Assembly: GCA_043732185.1 (NCBI GenBank)
Contig: JAYTHY010000068.1
Location: forward strand, 1-33,010
Reading direction: 5' to 3'
Source: Fibrobacteria bacterium
GTDB lineage: Bacteria > Fibrobacterota > Fibrobacteria > UBA11236
DNA length: 33,010 bases
Of the stretch, positions 26,726 to 33,010 are shown in pieces; the stretch's first letter is position 1; every line of letters begins with the position of its first letter. The position numbers and the translations under genes were made by a program. Under the pieces are notes generated by a model, which was given only the letters and a program-made list of their open reading frames with translations, was not told the origin of the DNA and made no database searches.

Positions 26726-29473
26726 TTATTTTTGGCTGGCAGCAACCAAGTTGGCAAATAGAGCATCTGCCAAAGCATTTTTACCGAGTTTTCCAAATAT
26801 ATCGAACTGGTAGAATACCACACGACCTTTACCGACTGGCAGACTGGCAATGTCGGCACCCCAGCGTATTTTGGACTTGCCGCTTCCATTACCAAGTAAG
26901 TTGATGCTACCGGCTGCCACGCTCATGTTCGGGATGGACTCGAGGCTCCAGTAAGGCATAACGTCCGCGAAGGTTTGATCCAAGACACCCTGAGTACCCA
27001 GATCTTTGAACTCGGGTCCGCCCATGGCATAATGAAAGCTACCGAAAGTGCTACCCGAAGAACGGAAGCAGGAAATTTCCATCGGCAAGACTTTGAGGCT
27101 ATTCAAAAATCGGGCATCTTCTTCGGTAACGTTTCCTAAAACGAGCACGCCACCCGACGCAACTTTTTCGAAGCATTTACGAACCACGGCGTCGCCAAGG
27201 CTGGAAATTTCAGCCAAGACGGCAATCGGTGCATCGGGGTTGGAAAAGCTGGAGATAGTATCCGGAAAGTTACCTAAAAGGGAAACTTTCTTTAACGGCA
27301 CCTCTAATTTGATTTCCGGAGGAACCAAGAACACTTCTTCACTTCGAGCCATTTCTTTATTGTTTTTGGTGAGGTTCAAGTCGAAGGTGAATCGTCCCTT
27401 CTCAAAACCTACGGGAAACTTGAATCGGCCTGCCATGTTAAGACCGGGCTTGGCTTTGCCAGGCAAAGATTCTTGATGCCATATGCGGCCATTAGGGCCC
27501 TTAACACGCAGCAGCAATCCGTACTCGCCCAGGTGCGCGTCGTTCAGTAAATGAATTTTAATAGCTGCTGAAGTTCCAATGTAGGGCGTACGGTCATCGG
27601 CTTCTGCAATAACATGGATGGGCCGATTTATTTTTTTGACCATTTCCAATAGTGCTTTGGGCTTGCGATCCCAGTTTACCAAGCCGGAAAAATGGATTCC
27701 GTAGTCTGCCCAAGAGTCTAAAACAAATCCCGAAACCTGAGGATTTATTAACAATGCTTCCATTTGCTTGGCTAATCCGCTTCGAGCAACCAAGGATGCT
27801 TCTTTCCAGAAGCTTTCCGCATCTTTCCAAATGCTGATGTTCTTGTCCTTCAACAACTGAGTGAGTTCACCGTTGAGCTTCTGCACATCCTTGTATTCGG
27901 AATGGTTGGCCAATTTTTTATGGCCATCTAAAAGTTCCTGAATGCCTTCTGGCGAAGAAACCCCCAACCCATCGACCAGAACTTTTCCATCCAGATCGTC
28001 TTTCAAATAGTTATACCGTTCCCAGAATGATTTGCTGCCATGAATGCCATCCATCACGGATTTGCCATCTTTGGAAGAACAATAACTGGAGAGCAAGGTA
28101 TATGTTTTAACTGAAACCGGAAAACCGATTTTTAATTTATGCGACTCGAAAGGATTGATCTGAGCCGCCAGTGGCTCGTAGACTTTGCCGAGGTCGATTT
28201 TGCCACCGCCTAAGCTGTCCATGGAAACGGAGCAGAGGTTGGAAAATACAGGACGGGTGGGATCCAGTTCTGCCGCAAACCGCAGCAATTTGTTTCCATT
28301 CTCAAGTACCATCGACCCATTCTCAGAGCCTATGACCCAAGCAAAAATACTGGGGTGATGTCCATCATTATCGATCAACGTTACAATCTGTTGTTTTAGG
28401 ACTTCCAAGCCTTCTTTGCTTGACTTTTGATTGAAGCAGGTCGTTTCCTGGAGCACCAAAAGGCCGATTTCATCGCAAATATTGAGGGCTTCACGGGGCA
28501 AAGGGGCACCACCGGAACGGAGCAGATTAAAGCCTGCTTCTTTAATGGACACGAGTTCCTTACGCAAATCAAAATCGGCAGAAGGGATGCCGTGTTGAAA
28601 AGCAAAGAACCACGGGTAAGCGAGTCCTTTAATTTTTATAGCATGATGGTTCAGTTTAAAGGAGCCTTTTTCCACGTCCGCACTGCGCATGCCGAAGTGG
28701 ACTTCCACCGGATAGGAACCGGCCAGAGTAACCTGCACCTTATAGAGGATTGGCTCATGCAATTGCCATAACTTGCCGTTTTCAAGTTGCAAGGTAAGGG
28801 CAAAACTGCCGTTTTCCTTTTCCAGTTTGACGGCCTTAGTGACCTCACCGATTTCCCCATCCGGATGCACGATTTGGTAGGCTATATCGGCCTGATAATT
28901 TTTGGGGTTCCAAAATTTGGTCTCAATGGTAATTCGGTCCGCTTCATAATCGGGGAAGCAATTTAAGGAGCGAATGCCGGCTTTACCGACCATATACAGG
29001 TTAACCTCACCCGTAATGCCCGCAAAGGAACCGCGCAAGAAAGGGCCGCCCAGGGAAAGTTCTTGGGCTGTATAATCTTGGATTTTACCCTGGCGATCCA
29101 AGGTCTGAACGCGGACGGCAAGAATATTCGTCTCACCAATTTTAACGGCTTTTGAACCGTCGACATCGAAAGGCACGTGGCCACCAAGATGCGTTCCAAT
29201 TTCCTCACCATTCAGCCACACCGTGGCATGGTGCTGAACTGAATTGAAGCGGATATAGAATCGTTTGGGCGATTCTTTTTTATCAACTATAAAATCTTTG
29301 AAATAGTAGGCGATATGCGCGTTTTCATCATTGGGCTCAAGGTTCCAGACATGTGGGAGCGATAATTTTTTGGTCTGGGCCGGTTTCTTGCGATACCACT
29401 GATCCACAAGTCCCGTGTCTACGGGATCAAAACTAAAATCCCAATTGCCATCCAACTTGACGATACTGCCCAT
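26726..29473 (-). CDS. Glycoside hydrolase family 2-like protein, cytoplasmic, with degenerate catalytic motifs
   Basis: LDGNWDF, VWLNGEEIGTHLGGHVPF, FGMR, CDEIGLLV, HPSIFAWVIGSE, LDPTRPV, GLVNWDRKPK. Start moved to ATG 29473 (GGGGAG RBS). No signal peptide. Confidence 0.85.
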   Translation of the reverse strand: MGSIVKLDGNWDFSFDPVDTGLVDQWYRKKPAQTKKLSLPHVWNLEPNDENAHIAYYFKDFIVDKKESPKRFYIRFNSVQHHATVWLNGEEIGTHLGGHVPFDVDGSKAVKIGETNILAVRVQTLDRQGKIQDYTAQELSLGGPFLRGSFAGITGEVNLYMVGKAGIRSLNCFPDYEADRITIETKFWNPKNYQADIAYQIVHPDGEIGEVTKAVKLEKENGSFALTLQLENGKLWQLHEPILYKVQVTLAGSYPVEVHFGMRSADVEKGSFKLNHHAIKIKGLAYPWFFAFQHGIPSADFDLRKELVSIKEAGFNLLRSGGAPLPREALNICDEIGLLVLQETTCFNQKSSKEGLEVLKQQIVTLIDNDGHHPSIFAWVIGSENGSMVLENGNKLLRFAAELDPTRPVFSNLCSVSMDSLGGGKIDLGKVYEPLAAQINPFESHKLKIGFPVSVKTYTLLSSYCSSKDGKSVMDGIHGSKSFWERYNYLKDDLDGKVLVDGLGVSSPEGIQELLDGHKKLANHSEYKDVQKLNGELTQLLKDKNISIWKDAESFWKEASLVARSGLAKQMEALLINPQVSGFVLDSWADYGIHFSGLVNWDRKPKALLEMVKKINRPIHVIAEADDRTPYIGTSAAIKIHLLNDAHLGEYGLLLRVKGPNGRIWHQESLPGKAKPGLNMAGRFKFPVGFEKGRFTFDLNLTKNNKEMARSEEVFLVPPEIKLEVPLKKVSLLGNFPDTISSFSNPDAPIAVLAEISSLGDAVVRKCFEKVASGGVLVLGNVTEEDARFLNSLKVLPMEISCFRSSGSTFGSFHYAMGGPEFKDLGTQGVLDQTFADVMPYWSLESIPNMSVAAGSINLLGNGSGKSKIRWGADIASLPVGKGRVVFYQFDIFGKLGKNALADALFANLVAASQK

Positions 29474-29575
29474 AACACTCCCCGACTTGGAAAAATGCAC
29501 CCCAAAGTGGCGAATCCATTGAAATTACAGGGGTGTAAGTATAGTAAATTCGGTGGGAATAGTGCGCTTAATGGA

Positions 29576-30418
29576 CTATCCCGTTGGCATTCCTATCAAG
29601 CCGAAATACCAGGCGAGGATTTCTTTTCCAAACAAAGCTGAACAAAGAACGCCCAAACATATGTAAGGTCCAAAAGGAATATGGTGTTCTTTGTTCAAGC
29701 GGCGAAACAACAGCATAGGTAGACCGAAGGCACTTCCCAGCACAGATGCAAAGAGCAATCCAATCAAGGCGGTCTGCCAACCAAATAAGGCCCCGGCCAT
29801 AGCAATAAGCTTAACGTCCCCGAAACCCATGGCATCCTTCTTTAGCACCTTAGATGCCGTGAATCCTATTAGCCATAGGAACAAACCGGCGGTCGATGCC
29901 CCAACAAGGCTTTCGACTGCGGTTTGTCCGCCCGGTAGGAAGCTGATGCCAAGTCCAAGCACTATACCTGGTAGTGTTAGCGCATCCGGAATTAGGAAAT
30001 GGCGGATGTCGATGACAAAAATGGGAATCGAAGCCAAGGCTAGATAAATGAATCCGATCTTGAAATCGAGTGGGTACTGGATTCCAGATCGGAAAAACCA
30101 AGTGAAAATGGCGGCGGAAAGCAAACCGGTAACAGCTTCCACAATAGGGTATTCGGCACTAATGCCTGCCCCGCAGGATTTGCATTTGCCTTTTAGGAGT
30201 AACCAGGACAGGACGGGAATGTTTTGGTAAAAACGGATTTGGTATCCACAGCTTGTGCATCGGGACGGTGGCCATACCACCGATTGCCCGCGTGGCATGC
30301 GATAAATAACGACGTTAAAGAAGGAGCCAACCATGAGGCCCAGTAGTGCACCCAAGGCAGTACCCGTCCAGGGTGTAATGGGTGGGAATAGGGTTTCCAT
30401 AGTCAGGGTATTGTCCAA
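29576..30418 (-). CDS. pilD: Type IV prepilin peptidase/N-methyltransferase (start may be ATG 30400)
   Basis: GSFFNVVIYRMP, SRCTSC...KCKSC zinc pairs, IDIRHFLIPD, MGFGDVKL, IPFGPY; multiple TM helices. Confidence 0.95.
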   Translation of the reverse strand: MDNTLTMETLFPPITPWTGTALGALLGLMVGSFFNVVIYRMPRGQSVVWPPSRCTSCGYQIRFYQNIPVLSWLLLKGKCKSCGAGISAEYPIVEAVTGLLSAAIFTWFFRSGIQYPLDFKIGFIYLALASIPIFVIDIRHFLIPDALTLPGIVLGLGISFLPGGQTAVESLVGASTAGLFLWLIGFTASKVLKKDAMGFGDVKLIAMAGALFGWQTALIGLLFASVLGSAFGLPMLLFRRLNKEHHIPFGPYICLGVLCSALFGKEILAWYFGLIGMPTG

Positions 30419-30462
30419 CTTGTTGGCACGGACATCAACCTCGAAGGTTCAGCCAAACAAAT

Positions 30463-31509
30463 TCAAATGGTATAGTCGTCTTGGAAGGTTTTTGAACCCT
30501 TGGGAACCGCAAACGCCGTTTCTCCTTTAGAAAGCATGAGAGCAGCAAACTCCTCCTTGGGCACTTCCACTTGAACTTCCGGTCCCTCCGTGGTAGCCAA
30601 GGTGACGCGAACGGACAAACCGATGCTGCGGATGAGGACTATTTTGCCCGCTATGGCATTGGGCTGATTGGTTTTATGCAAAGTCATTTCATGTGGCCTA
30701 ACATATACGGCCGTGGACACGGCGGCATTGCTATGACTAGGATGCACCAACTCTAAAGCTTCCCCGGTAGTTCCGCGTTCCAGCCGGCTATGAAAAATGT
30801 TCACATTGCCTAAAAAATGCATAACGAAACCATTCACCGGTTTATGAAAGATTTCCTCCGGCGATCCAATCTGCTCTACCTTACCTTTGTTCATGATAAC
30901 GACACGGTCCGCAACCTCAAAGGCTTCGTCCTGATCATGGGTTACAAAAACACTGGTCATTTTGAGTTCATCGTGCAGATTGCGCAACCACCGTCTTAAA
31001 TCTTGGCGGACTTGGGCATCCAAGGCACCAAAGGGTTCATCTAATAGCATTACTTCTGGTCGGGCAGCTAAAGCGCGCGCCAACGCAACGCGTTGTTTTT
31101 GCCCGCCCGATAATTGGGAGGGAAAACGATCTCCGATGCCTTTGAGTTGGATCAAATTGAGCAGTTCATCCACCCGTTGTTGCACTTCTGCCTTCGGGCG
31201 CTTTTGGATCTTAAGTGAAAAGCCGATATTGTCTCGCACGGTCATGTGTTTGAACAAGGCATAATGCTGAAATACAAAGCCTACGCCACGATCGCGAACA
31301 GGCAAATGCAAGGAATTGGTATCACCGAAGAGGACTTCACCGGATTCCGGTGTTTCCAAACCCGCAATGATTCTGAGTAAAGTAGTTTTGCCGCAACCGG
31401 AAGGGCCAAGCAGGGCAACTAATTCCCCATCCGGAATTTCCAGGGAAACATCATTCAAAGCCTGAGTGGACTCGAAATGCTTGCGTACTTTGCGTATGGA
31501 AATATGCAT
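30463..31509 (-). CDS. cysA: Sulfate/thiosulfate ABC transporter ATP-binding subunit
   Basis: GPSGCGKT, VGFVFQHYALFKHMTV, LSGGQ, LLDEPFGALDAQVR, VTHDQDEA, FLGNVN, VRPHE, C-terminal DYTI. Confidence 0.9.
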   Translation of the reverse strand: MHISIRKVRKHFESTQALNDVSLEIPDGELVALLGPSGCGKTTLLRIIAGLETPESGEVLFGDTNSLHLPVRDRGVGFVFQHYALFKHMTVRDNIGFSLKIQKRPKAEVQQRVDELLNLIQLKGIGDRFPSQLSGGQKQRVALARALAARPEVMLLDEPFGALDAQVRQDLRRWLRNLHDELKMTSVFVTHDQDEAFEVADRVVIMNKGKVEQIGSPEEIFHKPVNGFVMHFLGNVNIFHSRLERGTTGEALELVHPSHSNAAVSTAVYVRPHEMTLHKTNQPNAIAGKIVLIRSIGLSVRVTLATTEGPEVQVEVPKEEFAALMLSKGETAFAVPKGSKTFQDDYTI

Positions 31510-31518
31510 GCCGCTTAG

Positions 31519-31544
31519 TTACCCTATTAAACCTACCGGAATAA
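31519..31544. promoter_or_regulatory. Putative Rrf2-family (CymR-like) operator over the cysA transcription start
   Basis: TTACCCTATTAAACCTACCGGAATAA, an imperfect dyad between the -10 box and the start codon; resembles the CymR box as I recall it. Confidence 0.6.
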
Positions 31545-31545
31545 T

Positions 31546-31574
31546 ATGTTAACAAATAGAACGCCTTCTGTCAA
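31546..31574 (-). promoter_or_regulatory. Near-consensus sigma70 promoter of cysA
   Basis: Minus strand TTGACA (31574-31569), 17 nt, TG-T-TAACAT (-10 at 31551-31546). Confidence 0.8.
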
Positions 31575-31599
31575 CGGTTTGCATCCCGTTTTCACTTTG

Positions 31600-32439
31600 T
31601 CATAGCTGGGCAGATGATTGGCGTCGAGTTAGCCACGCGACCGTTTCCGATTCGATTTGGGCGCGATCGAAGTCCAGCGTAATCACGTGTTTTCCACGCT
31701 GGTATACTCGAAGCGTCTTATCGATGGAACCGAGCGATTTTATCAGGTGAAGGCTGCCGGCAATATCGCTGGTGGTGTCATTTACATCGTGATGGATCAG
31801 TACCGGACAGGTTACACCCACGGCCCGGTTGCGCAATCGTCGTGACGCGTCTACCACGCTCACCATTGCAGCGGCGGGCATAGCATGATATGCGATATGG
31901 TCTTCCGCAGCCTTGGCGTATTTTATGGGACCTGCGCTGCTTTTGGAAATTGTTCCGGGTAGGGGCACTCGGCCGATTAGCCAGTCGTTGGGTATGCCAA
32001 AGGTCCGTCCCCAAGGTCGCAGAAACGGCGCAATGAGCACCAAGTTTGCGACTTCACGTGTCAAGGCCATTTGCAGTCCCAACAAGCCGCCCATACTGAG
32101 CCCACAAACGGAGACACGATCGTATCGGATAGTCAAGTCGTCGAAAACGGATATGGCGTGGGACAGATAATCGGAATAGCGGGTAGGGGCGAGTGCTTCC
32201 ATAGTAAGGCCATGGCCAGGCAAGAGCGGTCCATAACAAGTGAATCCAGCGGCAGCAACTTCCTGGGCTAAGAAACGCAGTTCCCGGGGACTGGATGTCC
32301 ATCCATGGAGGAACAAGATGGCATGGGATCCGGAACCTAACGTAAAAGGCTCGGCACCCAGTATCACGCCTGTTACCGGATCGTGTTCGCGCGCTTTCTC
32401 GGTTTGATTGCCGCCTGGCGATACGGAATGCGGGCTCAA
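31600..32439 (-). CDS. Alpha/beta-hydrolase carboxylesterase / monoacylglycerol-lipase-like
   Basis: LHGWTSSP, LPGHG, GLSMGG nucleophile elbow, NDTT, HVITLD. Confidence 0.9.
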   Translation of the reverse strand: MSPHSVSPGGNQTEKAREHDPVTGVILGAEPFTLGSGSHAILFLHGWTSSPRELRFLAQEVAAAGFTCYGPLLPGHGLTMEALAPTRYSDYLSHAISVFDDLTIRYDRVSVCGLSMGGLLGLQMALTREVANLVLIAPFLRPWGRTFGIPNDWLIGRVPLPGTISKSSAGPIKYAKAAEDHIAYHAMPAAAMVSVVDASRRLRNRAVGVTCPVLIHHDVNDTTSDIAGSLHLIKSLGSIDKTLRVYQRGKHVITLDFDRAQIESETVAWLTRRQSSAQL

Positions 32440-32446
32440 GGCGAAC

Positions 32447-33010
32447 TCATGGTTTCTGGATGGCTTTTTTCTTGCTTTTGTTGGCGACCAAACCCTTGGT
32501 GATATGCAGGTAGGCTTCGTCCACGGTATCGCAGATTTTAAATAGTCCCAGGTCTCCGGGGCTGATCATGCCCGTTTCCACCAAGTATTCCATATTCAAC
32601 ATTTTACCCCAGAATTCTTTACCGTAAAGCACCAGTACCACTTTTTTGGTAATGCGCTGGGTTTGAATTAAGGTGAGCACCTCCATCATTTCGTCCAGCG
32701 TGCCAAAACCTCCCGGGAACATAACGATGGCTTTCGCCATATACACAAACCAGAACTTGCGTATAAAGAAATAATGGAATTCAAAGTTGAGATGCGGGGA
32801 TATGAACGGGTTGGCCTGCTGTTCAAAGGGCAAATGGATATTGAGACCTATTGAAGGTGCTTTGGCCAAATGGGCGCCTTTATTGGCGGCCTCCATGATT
32901 CCTGGCCCACCTCCAGAACAAATTGCGAACTGGGCGGATTGGGTTTTTGTCCATTCGGAAAGTCGCCGGGAAAGCTCCGTGGCTTCTTCATAATAGCGGG
33001 ACATTTCCAA
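32447..33010 (-). CDS. LOG-family (TIGR00730-type Rossmann-fold) nucleotide phosphoribohydrolase-like protein; probably 5'-truncated by the window edge
   Basis: SGGGPGIMEAAN, GLNIHLPFEQ, FHYFFIRK, PGGFGTLDE; frame is open to the last base. Confidence 0.92.
   Translation of the reverse strand: MEMSRYYEEATELSRRLSEWTKTQSAQFAICSGGGPGIMEAANKGAHLAKAPSIGLNIHLPFEQQANPFISPHLNFEFHYFFIRKFWFVYMAKAIVMFPGGFGTLDEMMEVLTLIQTQRITKKVVLVLYGKEFWGKMLNMEYLVETGMISPGDLGLFKICDTVDEAYLHITKGLVANKSKKKAIQKP

Noticed and set aside
1..33010. Prophage, IS element, defence island, tRNA or rRNA
   Set aside because: No integrase, transposase, phage or defence-type proteins and no tRNA/rRNA signatures seen; all intergenic gaps are short (about 210 nt or less).

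Overview
Gene-dense bacterial chromosomal segment (roughly balanced GC). LpxH, a GT9 heptosyltransferase-like gene and OmpA indicate a diderm. A secreted protein with a T9SS-like C-terminal domain suggests the FCB group, plausibly Fibrobacterota (inference only). About 30 CDSs in mixed orientation. Signalling: Ser/Thr kinase with PEGA domain, HDOD protein, PAS-PAS-SpoIIE phosphatase, PAS-GGDEF cyclase. Envelope: OmpA/TSP3, putative beta-barrel, LpxH, GalE, GT9, Ddl, DUF218, PilD. RNA/protein modification: RsmH-like paralog, RluA, TsaB, RimI, cyclophilin. Also LarC, an AAA+/VWA pair, an orphan cysA, an esterase, and two edge-truncated genes (a ComEC-type MBL hydrolase missing from the ORF track, and a LOG-family protein). 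I saw no rRNA, tRNA, CRISPR array or mobile element, and I cannot support a clear-cut new multi-gene system. Best leads: (1) a full-length GH2 whose catalytic motifs look degenerate (nucleophile Glu apparently Gly); (2) a CymR/Rrf2-like operator over a near-consensus promoter driving a permease-less cysA followed by pilD; (3) larC coupled to an unknown UVR-motif protein behind a structured leader; (4) two divergent unannotated small proteins, one probably leaderless, heading the ddl-tsaB-rimI and GT9 units.
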